Source: a bacterium (lineage in GTDB: Bacteria > Electryoneota > Electryoneia > Electryoneales > Electryoneaceae). From it: a stretch of DNA of 64,000 nt. The stretch's first letter is position 1. Each line of letters begins with the position of its first letter. The notes below the pieces were generated by a model. It worked only from the letters and a program-made list of their open reading frames with translations. It searched no databases and was not told the DNA's origin. Below are positions 1 to 9,012 of this stretch, piece by piece. Location of the stretch: positions 160,001 through 224,000 of the forward strand of contig CAXXKJ010000001.1 in assembly GCA_963675295.2 (NCBI GenBank), written 5' to 3'. The position numbers and the translations under genes were made by a program.

Positions 1-362
1 TCGAACTGTCCGGCGATCCGGCCGGTTTTAACCGTGCGATCAGCTTGACGGCGGATTCGGGATGCGTTGTGATCGGCTCGTGGTATGGGACCAAGCCGGG
101 AGACTTCAATCTCGGCGGTCGTTTCCACCGAAGCCGCATCAGGTTACTTTCAAGCCAGGTGTCTTCAATTGATCCGAAATTGCAGGGCCGGTGGACGGTG
201 CAGCGTCGCCAGCAGGTCGCGTGGTCGATGATTCGGCAGATCCGCCCGTCGCAAGTGCTGACCCACCGCTTGCCGATCCAGGATGCGGCGCAAGCCTATG
301 AGATGCTTGACCATTCGCCGGAAACGACGCTGGCGATTGCATTTGATCATCAGGCCGGATGA
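1..362 (+). CDS. Zinc-binding (MDR-family) dehydrogenase, C-terminal part; 5' end lies outside the window
   Basis: Frame is open from base 3 (ELSGDPAGLNRAI...). The segments VVIGSWYG...FHRSRIRLLSSQVS and LTHRLPIQDAAQAYE are typical of MDR C-termini. Stop overlaps the next ATG (ATGA). Confidence 0.75.
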   Translation, partial: ELSGDPAGFNRAISLTADSGCVVIGSWYGTKPGDFNLGGRFHRSRIRLLSSQVSSIDPKLQGRWTVQRRQQVAWSMIRQIRPSQVLTHRLPIQDAAQAYEMLDHSPETTLAIAFDHQAG

Positions 363-781
363 ACAACCCGTGGAAAGGGGACTGGAACATGTATACGATT
401 ACCGTGCGTGACCGCTTTACATCGTTCCTGCGGCTGGCGCCGCCGGAGGAGTTCGACGGCTACGACATCTACCACAACTATGCCATCGAAGTCGCGGTGT
501 CCGGCGAAGAGGTTGACGAACAGGGCTATCTGCTCAATATCGACGACCTCAGCGAAAACCTCAGCGACCTCGTTTCGGAGTGGGATGGTTCCCTGCTGAA
601 CGATTTCGAGGAATTCGAGGATGTTAATCCGACGCTCGAAACCGTCGCCCGCATCGCCTGCGAAATTCTCGCGGAAACACTTGAAGATGAAGGACTGAAC
701 GGAATCCAGGTTACAGTCTGGGAAAGCGAAATCGACCCTGCCCCGGGTCCGAGTGCAAGTTATCGAATGGATCTTGAATGA
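359..781 (+). CDS. 6-pyruvoyl-tetrahydropterin synthase/QueD-like protein with degenerate Zn ligands (alternative start 389)
   Basis: T-fold pattern YTITVRDRF...HNYAIEVAVSG...GYLLNID...LLNDFEEFEDVNPTLE...VTVWES. Confidence 0.75.
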   Translation: MNNPWKGDWNMYTITVRDRFTSFLRLAPPEEFDGYDIYHNYAIEVAVSGEEVDEQGYLLNIDDLSENLSDLVSEWDGSLLNDFEEFEDVNPTLETVARIACEILAETLEDEGLNGIQVTVWESEIDPAPGPSASYRMDLE

Positions 782-1863
782 AAGTCACGTTTGTCATTTA
801 CGGCGACATCGAAACGCTGTCGGGTGGATACGTCTATGACCGTCACCTGCTTCGTCACCTGAAGAAATGCGGTGATGACGTGCGGGTGGTGTCGTTGTGG
901 GAGGGACGGTACAGCCGGCACATGCTGGACAACCTCTCCGGCGCGACCGCTCGTGCGCTGACCGCCGGCGATCCGGATGTCATCGTGCAGGACGAACTGT
1001 GCCACGCGTCTCTGGCGCTGGTGAACCATCGCATCCGTCAGGCTGGCGCGCCGCCGATTGTGTCGCTGGTGCATCATCTGCTGACGGACGAAGAGGGGCC
1101 GCATTCGGCACGCCTGCTGTACAAGGCGATGGAACGGTTGTATTTCAGCGGGGTGGACGGCATCCTCGCGAATACACACATCACCCTCAGCCGGGTGCGT
1201 GAAGTGTCGCACCGCGATTTGCCGTCTGCGGTCGCCTGGCCGGGCGGCACGCTGCCGGGGCCGCCGATTCCGCGAACCCAATTGAATGATCGCTTGCAGC
1301 AGCAACGTCCGTTGCATATCCTCTTTGTGGGCAATCTGATCGAACGGAAGCTGGTGCATGTGCTGCTGACATCGGTGTTCGATCTGCTGCGCCGGACCGA
1401 CGTGCGATTGACCATCGTCGGCGGGGACGAGCTGGAACCCCGTTATGCCCGTCGGATCAAACGGATCGCCAAACCCCTGGTCGAAAAGGGGATTGTTACC
1501 TTTACCGGACCGAAACGTGACTTGGAACTGGCGGCGCTGTACACGAACGCCGATGTGCTCGCCGTTCCGTCCAGCTACGAAGGCTTTGGGATTGTCTATC
1601 TGGAGGGTATGGCGTACGGGCTGCCCGCCATCGGAACGGCGGCGGGGGGGGCACGTGAGATCATTGCGGACAATGTGAACGGGTTCCTCGTGCATCCACA
1701 CGACAGCTCCAGCCTGAGCCGCTACCTGCAGCAACTGGCGGAGGATCGTGGCCTGCTGGCTCGCATGAGCCACGCGGCCCGTGACCGGTTCGACCGGCAC
1801 CCGACATGGACCCAAAGCATGGATACAGCGCGAAACTTCCTACTGCGGATGGCGAAACCGTGA
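778..1863 (+). CDS. GT-B (GT4-like) glycosyltransferase
   Basis: SGGYVYD at the N-terminus, FVGNLIERK, and PSSYEGFGIVYLEGMAYGLP (EX7E motif). Confidence 0.9.
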   Translation: MKVTFVIYGDIETLSGGYVYDRHLLRHLKKCGDDVRVVSLWEGRYSRHMLDNLSGATARALTAGDPDVIVQDELCHASLALVNHRIRQAGAPPIVSLVHHLLTDEEGPHSARLLYKAMERLYFSGVDGILANTHITLSRVREVSHRDLPSAVAWPGGTLPGPPIPRTQLNDRLQQQRPLHILFVGNLIERKLVHVLLTSVFDLLRRTDVRLTIVGGDELEPRYARRIKRIAKPLVEKGIVTFTGPKRDLELAALYTNADVLAVPSSYEGFGIVYLEGMAYGLPAIGTAAGGAREIIADNVNGFLVHPHDSSSLSRYLQQLAEDRGLLARMSHAARDRFDRHPTWTQSMDTARNFLLRMAKP

Positions 1864-2735
1864 TCAAAAAAAGCGGCAACGACCTCATCGCCTACCTTGA
1901 TGCCAAGGAGGCCATCGATCAACGCTCCCGGAATCCGCAAATCTGGGCGACCCTGCTCGAACAACTGGCGAAACGCAGCCAGTACGCATCCGGCCTGCAC
2001 CTGAACGTCACCGAAATCGGTGGCGGCCTCGGAGGGTTGGCGAAAGCCCTGCTCGAGGCGTGCAGCAACATTCCGCTCAACTACACGCTGTTCGACATCG
2101 ATCCGACCGTTGTCGCGGAAGCTGAAAAACGCCTCGATTCCACCGCCGCCGCGCCGCATAAGGTTTCCGTGATCGAAGGGGATCTACTCGATTACGAGCT
2201 GGGCGACAAAATCGAACCGGCCGACCTGGTTGTCGTGCAATCCGCGCTGGATCTGTTTGACCTGCGGGATGCGCTGCCACGGGTCAAGTCCTTCGCCAAA
2301 CCGAACGCGCTGCTGTATGCGCCGGTTACTTTCAACGGCTTCACCGAATTTCGCCCGCCATACCAGGATTCGCAATTCGAGTACCGCCTGCTGGCGGAAT
2401 ACCATCGCACGATGGACGAACGCACCGGAATTCATCCGGATGCCGGCGGCAGTCGCGCGGGCTGGGTGCTGGAACGCAGCATGCGCCGCATGGGCAGTGA
2501 CTTCATCGAGACAAATTCGTCCGACTGGCTGGTTTCTTCGGACCCGAAGGAAGGGGCGAACCGCACCTTCCTTGAACACATCCTCCAGTTCTTCGAAAGC
2601 TCGCTGTCTGCCCGGTTGGAACTGGATCAGGAGAAGCTGGGCCTATGGCTGGAGCTACGGCGTCGTCAGCTCGCGGACGGCCACCTGCTGCTTCACATTC
2701 ACAACCTCGACCTGCTGGCGGCATTCCCCGGTTGA
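1860..2735 (+). CDS. Class I SAM-dependent methyltransferase-like protein
   Basis: VTEIGGGLG motif I, FDIDP, EGDL, DLVVVQSALDLF. GTG start overlaps the upstream stop (GTGA). Confidence 0.75.
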   Translation: MIKKSGNDLIAYLDAKEAIDQRSRNPQIWATLLEQLAKRSQYASGLHLNVTEIGGGLGGLAKALLEACSNIPLNYTLFDIDPTVVAEAEKRLDSTAAAPHKVSVIEGDLLDYELGDKIEPADLVVVQSALDLFDLRDALPRVKSFAKPNALLYAPVTFNGFTEFRPPYQDSQFEYRLLAEYHRTMDERTGIHPDAGGSRAGWVLERSMRRMGSDFIETNSSDWLVSSDPKEGANRTFLEHILQFFESSLSARLELDQEKLGLWLELRRRQLADGHLLLHIHNLDLLAAFPG

Positions 2736-3569
2736 TGCCCGGATCAGCCCGATCATTCCCGCTCGTACCGCCGCCAACACCGAGTCGCCGGGATCGATGA
2801 TCTTACCGGCTCGAACCTGCACGGCAACGCCTCGATACCGTTTCAGCAGCAACTGCAGGTACACCGCAACCTGTTCACGGCCCCGGCGATCCCGGCGAAT
2901 CCGGGTCAGCCAGTGCCGCTGAACCTCCGGATGGATTACCCCACTGACCAGCAACGGCACCACCCGAACTCCCGGCACAGTCCGTGTCAGCACCGTCAGA
3001 CTCTCCGACCAGTCGCTCAGAGCCGCGACTGCCTCTTCCGGGTACAGCCGTGGATCCGGCTCGATTTGTCCCGATGGGAAGGTCAGTAACGCGCCGCCCT
3101 GTTTCAGATGACGCACGGCCGTACGCAGCGGGAACCCTTTCCCGGTTTGACCATCCGGCAACAGAATCAGCTGCTTGCGCACGCTGGCCAACGCCTCAAG
3201 GAACGGGTTGGCGTCAGCGATGATCATGAGATCCTCGCGCTCAATCGCGCTGAACAGGGCAAGGGTATCGCTGATCCCGGGATGATTCGCGACAATCAGC
3301 AACGGTCCGTCCGGCGGTATTCCGTCAAGATCGTGTAGCTCAAGCGTTGCGCCGAGGCGGGACAGGTACCGGCGCGACGCAGCGTGCAGACCTTGTTCGC
3401 TCACGCACGACTCGAACTCCGCCGCCTGATGCACAACGCCACGCGTCAGCCAGGTCACCGGACGGCGCAGAAGTGCAGACAACAGGGGGCGATTTGCCAC
3501 GCCGAGGGCGCGCAGCAAGTCATCGGTTGTCGCCCGTTGCAGGGCGGATGTCACATCGTGTTCGTTCAT
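2655..3569 (-). CDS. PlsC-like 1-acyl-glycerol-3-phosphate acyltransferase
   Basis: LLIVANHPGISD (HX4D motif) and LLTFPSG. Confidence 0.8.
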   Translation of the reverse strand: MNEHDVTSALQRATTDDLLRALGVANRPLLSALLRRPVTWLTRGVVHQAAEFESCVSEQGLHAASRRYLSRLGATLELHDLDGIPPDGPLLIVANHPGISDTLALFSAIEREDLMIIADANPFLEALASVRKQLILLPDGQTGKGFPLRTAVRHLKQGGALLTFPSGQIEPDPRLYPEEAVAALSDWSESLTVLTRTVPGVRVVPLLVSGVIHPEVQRHWLTRIRRDRRGREQVAVYLQLLLKRYRGVAVQVRAGKIIDPGDSVLAAVRAGMIGLIRASTGECRQQVEVVNVKQQVAVRELTTP

Positions 3570-3672
3570 GAGCGGCGAAATTAAGTCTGTTTCCGGGATC
3601 TTTCTTCAATCTAACGCATGAACGCTGGTAGCTGAGCCCCTATCTTGCCGCGACGTCAATCACAGGTTCCCG

Positions 3673-4641
3673 ATGTCATTCCTGATACCGATCATTGCCG
3701 CACTCTTCGCCGCCGGCGGACTGCACCTCGCCACCGACCGGGAAGAACAGCTGGCGCTGGCCGCCTACCCCGACTACGGGTCGATCATCAATGTGGAGGG
3801 GGTCCCGACGCATGTCGTGGATGAGGGCGAGGGCGATCCGGTCGTCCTGATCCACGGTCTCGGTGGCACGGCGCTGGTCTTCCGGCACGGGTTGTACGAT
3901 CCGTTACGCGAGACCAACCGGGTGATCGTGATCGATCGTCCTGGGCACGGCCTGTCCCAACGGCCGCAAGGCATGAGTGGCGATCCTCGTGAACAGGCTG
4001 CGTTCCTGCATGAAACCCTGCAGCAGCTGGATTTGCCCACAAAACCGGTACTCGTCGCCCAGTCGTGGGGCGGGATGGTGGGGACGGCCTACGCCGTGAT
4101 GTACCCGGACGAAATCCGCGGGCTTGTCCTGCTCGCGCCGTATCTCACCGCCGGCCACCGCTATTTCGAGCCCCTCTTCACCCTCGCTCAGACACCCGTT
4201 GTCAGCGACCTCGCGCTCGAGACGATTGTCGTGCCGATCAGTATCCCGGGCCGTGAAATCTTCGCCGAACGCCATTTTTACCCGCATCCGGTCCCGGACG
4301 ACTGGATCGGGAAAACCATCCTGCTGTCGCAAACACCGGAAGGGTTGCGTCACTCGGCGGCGGATATGCTGACCGTTCCCCGCGCAACCCGCGAGCTTGC
4401 CGAGCGATACGCCGAGATCACAGCGCCGGTGACGGTCGTCGTCGGCCTGCAGGATCAGATCGTGGACCCACTGCCGACCATCGGACTCGCCACCCGGCAC
4501 GGCTGGACTCTGGTCGAATTGCCAGACGACGGACACGGGCTGCAGGTGATCAACACAGACCGCGTCCTTGCGGTCATCCGGCAGATGCTGCACGACACCG
4601 CGGTGGCTTCCCCCTCGGAGATTGACGGCGCTGGAAACTGA
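3673..4641 (+). CDS. Alpha/beta hydrolase with N-terminal signal or anchor
   Basis: VLIHGLGG, DRPGHGLS, nucleophile elbow AQSWGG, then DQIV and GHG completing the triad. Confidence 0.85.
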   Translation: MSFLIPIIAALFAAGGLHLATDREEQLALAAYPDYGSIINVEGVPTHVVDEGEGDPVVLIHGLGGTALVFRHGLYDPLRETNRVIVIDRPGHGLSQRPQGMSGDPREQAAFLHETLQQLDLPTKPVLVAQSWGGMVGTAYAVMYPDEIRGLVLLAPYLTAGHRYFEPLFTLAQTPVVSDLALETIVVPISIPGREIFAERHFYPHPVPDDWIGKTILLSQTPEGLRHSAADMLTVPRATRELAERYAEITAPVTVVVGLQDQIVDPLPTIGLATRHGWTLVELPDDGHGLQVINTDRVLAVIRQMLHDTAVASPSEIDGAGN

Positions 4642-4707
4642 ACCCCCGCCGTACTCTCATGTTATCTTCTGACCATCAAACCAGAACCAGCAGAGGACAG
4701 GATCAGT

Positions 4708-5697
4708 ATGGCAGGAAACGCAAAAGTCATCATCATCGGCGGCGGGATCGCCGGACTGTCAGCCGCGAAAGAACTCAAACAAGCCGGAATCGACGCACTG
4801 GTTCTCGAACGGCGAATTGTGCTCGGCGGACGCATGTCCACGCGCGAGTTCGGCGGCGCGGTTTTCGATGATGGCGCACAGTTCTTCACCGTCAAGGACA
4901 AGCGGTTCGGTCCGCTGGTCGACGAGATGATCCACGCAGGCGTGATCACCGATTGGTTCCACTCGCAGATGATTCGCGGCGGGGCGAGCAATCCGGACGG
5001 TTTTCCCCGGTACTGCGGCGCAAAAGGCATGCGCAGCATCCTTGATTACATGCACGGGCAGGGATTGTCCGTTCAGCTGAACGCCGACGTTACCGGCTTC
5101 GAGCCACAGAACAAAGCGTACACCGTCTCGCTCAAGGATGGCAGTGAACTCACCGCCGATGCAGTTCTGCTCGCGCATCCGGTGCCGGATGCTGTTCGCA
5201 TGCTGCACAACGCTGGACTGAAGCTGCATCAGGATGACGCCGAAGCATTGGAAAACGTGATCTACACGCCGTGCATCGCGGTGATGGCAACCCTTGAGAA
5301 ACCGTCCGCACTGACCGAATGGGGTGGCCTGCGGATCAACGGTGAATATGTCGACTGGATCGCCGACAACCAGCGCAAAGGTATTTCCTCAACACCGAGT
5401 GTCACCATCCAGGCGATGCCGGACTTCAGCACCGAACACTGGTATGAAGACGACGATGACATCGCCGAGATGCTGATCGGAAGCACGATGCCGCTGCTCC
5501 GCAGCGAACCGGTGGAAGCACGGGTTGTCCGCTACGAACTCGGCAAACCGATCTCGACGCACCCGAAGGAGTGGGTTGCCGCCGAAAAGCACCCACGCGT
5601 ATTACTCGCCGGGGACGGGTTCAAGGGCTATCGTGTGGAAGGTGCCGCGGTTTCGGGGATGGAAGCCGCGAAGGAACTGATCCGTCAGTTTGCCTGA
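4708..5697 (+). CDS. Renalase-like FAD-dependent oxidoreductase
   Basis: IIGGGIAG, GGRMSTR, FDDGAQFFT and C-terminal LAGD...VEGAAVSG. GAGGA RBS upstream. Confidence 0.85.
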   Translation: MAGNAKVIIIGGGIAGLSAAKELKQAGIDALVLERRIVLGGRMSTREFGGAVFDDGAQFFTVKDKRFGPLVDEMIHAGVITDWFHSQMIRGGASNPDGFPRYCGAKGMRSILDYMHGQGLSVQLNADVTGFEPQNKAYTVSLKDGSELTADAVLLAHPVPDAVRMLHNAGLKLHQDDAEALENVIYTPCIAVMATLEKPSALTEWGGLRINGEYVDWIADNQRKGISSTPSVTIQAMPDFSTEHWYEDDDDIAEMLIGSTMPLLRSEPVEARVVRYELGKPISTHPKEWVAAEKHPRVLLAGDGFKGYRVEGAAVSGMEAAKELIRQFA

Positions 5698-5802
5698 TTG
5701 CGACAAAGGGTCATCTGGCCGGGCTGATCGTCATCTGGATGACTTCTTGTTGCAAGGAAGTAAAATTGCAAATAGACATCAGCTCGTGAGTTTGCGAAAT
5801 AG

Positions 5803-5833
5803 AACGGGGATTCAGCCATGCTGAGTCCCCGTT
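5803..5833. terminator. Strong hairpin, likely intrinsic terminator
   Basis: AACGGGGATTCAGC-CAT-GCTGAGTCCCCGTT, a 14-bp stem with one G-U pair. Confidence 0.55.
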
Positions 5834-6552
5834 TGCTCAGGGCGTTTGAGGCTTATCAGGATTGACAAAATCACGCCCCGACCCCGTATTGAAATCCCAG
5901 TGAAAGAGTCTACTTCGAGAAAATAGTGTTCTTGTTGCTTCTCGTGAGGAAAAATCGCAACTACTGCGAAATCAAGTAAATGAAAACCAGGCCTGATTTG
6001 TAATGAATGTCCCCTTGAACAAACGGCTGGGCTGGCATCCAAGGTGTAAACCGGTCAGCGTATCATTGCAGAAAGGAGAGTCGAGGAGAACATCGCGGAG
6101 ACACCACAGCGGTCGTTCGTGATGAGATGCGAATCGTCGTTAATAATCATAACCCTCGAAGTAGACGAAACGATAACAAGAGGTTAGTAGGACGATCCGC
6201 ATCCTCTTGCACAGCGGAGCCGGCATTTTTGTATACTTTATGCAACTTCTTGCCTGAACCGGTATTTATTCGTAGAGATATCTTTAGATCAACAGGACCC
6301 TGCTCCCACCAGTTCAACCAGAATCGTCCGTCGGTAAACGTGTGGTAAAGCCTTGTAACTGTCATTCTTGCAGGAAACAGGCTATTCTATCGATCCTCTA
6401 CTCAACCGCCACGACTTACTCATTGCTCATACAAGAAAAATACGAGTTGCCTTTGCAAAACGGGAGTTGTATACTTTGGCATCCCGGAATTGGGAGAATT
6501 ACGGCAAATCGAGTTCTTGTTGCCGTCTTCAAAAAGGCAAAAGGGAGGAGTC

Positions 6553-7107
6553 ATGCGAGTTCGTGCATTTGCGGTAGTCATGGTTTTGATGTTTGCGGCC
6601 ACCTCGGCGTTCGCCGGTGGGTTCTGGGCTGGTGTCGGTGCGGATTTCTTCATGTACAGCGACACTGACGCGTTGGATGCTGGCGGATTCTCGACCACCG
6701 GTATCGGATTCACCCCGAAGGTTGGGTACCAGATCAACGACATGTGGGCTGTTACCGCTGGTTACAAGTACTTCCTGACCAACTCAGGTGACAACGGTGA
6801 CTGGACTCAGACCGCGATCCACATTGCTGGTAACTTCGCTCCGTTCAAGGACGGCGGCATGAAGCCGTTGTACTTCATCGCAGGTGTGGACCTGGTTACG
6901 TGGGAATTTGAAGTCCCGGGTGTCAATGTTCCTGGTTTCGGAACCGTTGGCGGTGGCACCTTTGATGACAGCGAAACCGGTATCCTCTTCGGCGCTGGCT
7001 ACGGCTGGATGATGGGCGACAAGTTCAGCTTGAATCCGGAAATCACCTACGTTACGGGTGACGTCGGCGGCATCAACATCGAAGTCGGTGTCCGCTATCG
7101 CTTCTAA
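6553..7107 (+). CDS. Outer-membrane beta-barrel protein (OmpA/OmpW-like small barrel)
   Basis: GGAGGAG RBS, signal peptide ending AFA, alternating beta strands, C-terminal VGVRYRF Bam signal. Confidence 0.85.
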   Translation: MRVRAFAVVMVLMFAATSAFAGGFWAGVGADFFMYSDTDALDAGGFSTTGIGFTPKVGYQINDMWAVTAGYKYFLTNSGDNGDWTQTAIHIAGNFAPFKDGGMKPLYFIAGVDLVTWEFEVPGVNVPGFGTVGGGTFDDSETGILFGAGYGWMMGDKFSLNPEITYVTGDVGGINIEVGVRYRF

Positions 7108-7139
7108 GCTCCGAAGCACCTGAAGTAGACTGTTCAAAG

Positions 7140-7166
7140 GCCGTCCCGATCCGGGACGGCTTTTTT
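7140..7166 (+). terminator. Rho-independent terminator
   Basis: GCCGTCCC-GATCC-GGGACGGC followed by TTTTTT. Confidence 0.85.
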
Positions 7167-7284
7167 GCATCCGGCTCCAGTTCTCCAATTCACTCCCTCT
7201 TCGCTCCTGTCGTCCGGCACCGTTTTGGCATCTTCCTCATCTTGGAGACAAAACACGTATCACGATGAACCAGGAGGAGAAACC

Positions 7285-7755
7285 ATGCTCAACCCAGGCG
7301 ATAAGGCACCAGATTTCACGCTCAAGAACGCGGACGATCAGGACGTGTCGCTCAACGACCTGAAGGGCAAGTGGACGGTGCTGTATTTCTACCCGAAGGA
7401 CAACACGTCCGGCTGCACCAAGGAAGCCTGCGGGTTTACCGAAGCGTTGCCGCAGTTCCAGGGTCTGGACGCGCAGATTTTCGGCGTCAGCCCCGACTCG
7501 ACCAAGTCACACCGCAACTTCCGTGAGAAGTATGACCTGACGATCGGCTTGTTGTCCGACCCGGAAAAGGACGTGATCCAGGCGTTCGGCGCGTGGGGCG
7601 AAAAGAAGAACTACGGCAAGACCTACATGGGCCTGATCCGTTCGACCTTCCTGATCGATCCGGACGGTGTCGTGCAACATGTCTGGCCGAATGTGCGCGT
7701 CGCGGGTCACGTCGAAAAGGTAGCCGAGAAGCTCGAGGAACTGAAGAACGCTTAA
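7285..7755 (+). CDS. bcp: Thioredoxin-dependent peroxiredoxin (Bcp/PrxQ)
   Basis: LYFYPKDNTSGCTKEAC, GVSPD, RSTFLID. AGGAGG RBS upstream. Confidence 0.92.
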   Translation: MLNPGDKAPDFTLKNADDQDVSLNDLKGKWTVLYFYPKDNTSGCTKEACGFTEALPQFQGLDAQIFGVSPDSTKSHRNFREKYDLTIGLLSDPEKDVIQAFGAWGEKKNYGKTYMGLIRSTFLIDPDGVVQHVWPNVRVAGHVEKVAEKLEELKNA

Positions 7756-7921
7756 TCATGAGCCAACAGTACTCGACAAGTTTGCCAGCCCGGTGTGAAA
7801 ACGCCGGGCTGACGTGTCTCCACCTTTTCCGTCGAACCGCACCGCCTTTCATCTTTTACGCTGTTTTCCTGCGTACGTTTGAAATAACAAGCCGAGTGGA
7901 TCCTCATCCGGGGAGAGTGAG

Positions 7922-8932
7922 ATGGAAAGGCGCAATCTGGACCTCGAGCTGTTCCGTGACGAATCCGCGATCAACCGGGGCGAACCCGGACTTGTTCATT
8001 CCTACATGAAATGCCTCGCCACCGCGATGCAGGCCGTCGGGGACGGCAACGGGCCGGCGTGGTGGATGGGCGCCAGCGGGTTCGCGTTCCGTATCTGGAC
8101 CAGCGACACCCTCTGTCCCAGCGCCATGAGCATGTTCGATTTCAACACCATCCTTCCCCAGGCGATCGAACAACTGGGCTACCAACCGATCTACATCAAC
8201 CGTCCCGGGAACGAGCAGAAGCAGGAAGCCCGGAAACGGATGGAAGCGCATAAGCACATCGTCGCCGCCGTGGATCGCGGGGTGCCGTCGATTGTGTGGG
8301 ACCTGCACGAAGCCGAGTGGGGCCTGATCACCGGCTATGACGACGGCCGCGACGCGTACTTCACCATCACCCATGACGGCCACACGTCCACCATGCCGTA
8401 CGAGAATCTCGGCCAGAACGGGATCGACATCCTCGCCGTCTCCATCCCAGGCGACGCGAACGATCTGTCCCGTGAAGAAGCGATCGATAAATCCATCCGC
8501 ATCGCCGTCAACCACGCCACCCAGAACGAGTGGGCCGACCGTCCCGACTACCAGAACGGGTTCGCCGGGTACGACCAGTGGGCGCTGGTCTATGAACGCT
8601 GGGGACTGCTGATCGACGGCGGGCAGATCGATACCATCGGCGTGCCGATCCACGAGTACGCGAAGTACTACGCCGCCCACTACTACTCCGCCCGCAGCTA
8701 TGCGCGCGAATACCTTAACCTGATCAGTAACCACGATCCCGATCTCGCGAACGCCGCGATGAAATATGCCCAGGTCGCCGACCAGTTGCGCTACCTGTGG
8801 ACCGAAGCCCCCGATTCGCCGACGCCGAACCGGCAACTGCTGGACGATTTCGTCGCACGTCTGCACAACGCGAAACGCCTCGAAGCCGAAGCCGTCGAAG
8901 CGCTGAAGATGTACCTCGGGGTGAAGGTGTAG
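7922..8932 (+). CDS. Hypothetical protein, possibly BtrH/C39-like fold
   Basis: 336-aa ORF with coding-like codon bias and GGGAGAG RBS. Motifs MGASGFAFR and VWDLHEAEWGLITGYD. Confidence 0.6.
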   Translation: MERRNLDLELFRDESAINRGEPGLVHSYMKCLATAMQAVGDGNGPAWWMGASGFAFRIWTSDTLCPSAMSMFDFNTILPQAIEQLGYQPIYINRPGNEQKQEARKRMEAHKHIVAAVDRGVPSIVWDLHEAEWGLITGYDDGRDAYFTITHDGHTSTMPYENLGQNGIDILAVSIPGDANDLSREEAIDKSIRIAVNHATQNEWADRPDYQNGFAGYDQWALVYERWGLLIDGGQIDTIGVPIHEYAKYYAAHYYSARSYAREYLNLISNHDPDLANAAMKYAQVADQLRYLWTEAPDSPTPNRQLLDDFVARLHNAKRLEAEAVEALKMYLGVKV

Positions 8933-9012
8933 CGTCGCCGGAAACGGCGTCCAGACAAAGGACTCCGTCAGGTTTCTGAAGCTTTGCTGCTGCTGTGCTA
9001 TTGGGGTCTACT

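Noticed and set aside
2655-2735. 81-bp convergent overlap between the methyltransferase and acyltransferase genes
   Set aside because: It is most simply a non-conserved C-terminal run-on of the acyltransferase in GC-rich DNA, with no evidence of function.
7214-7231. Possible sigma54 promoter CCGGCACCGTTTTGGCAT before bcp
   Set aside because: The GG-N10-GC spacing fits, but both flanks deviate from TGGCAC/TTGC, so a chance match is plausible.
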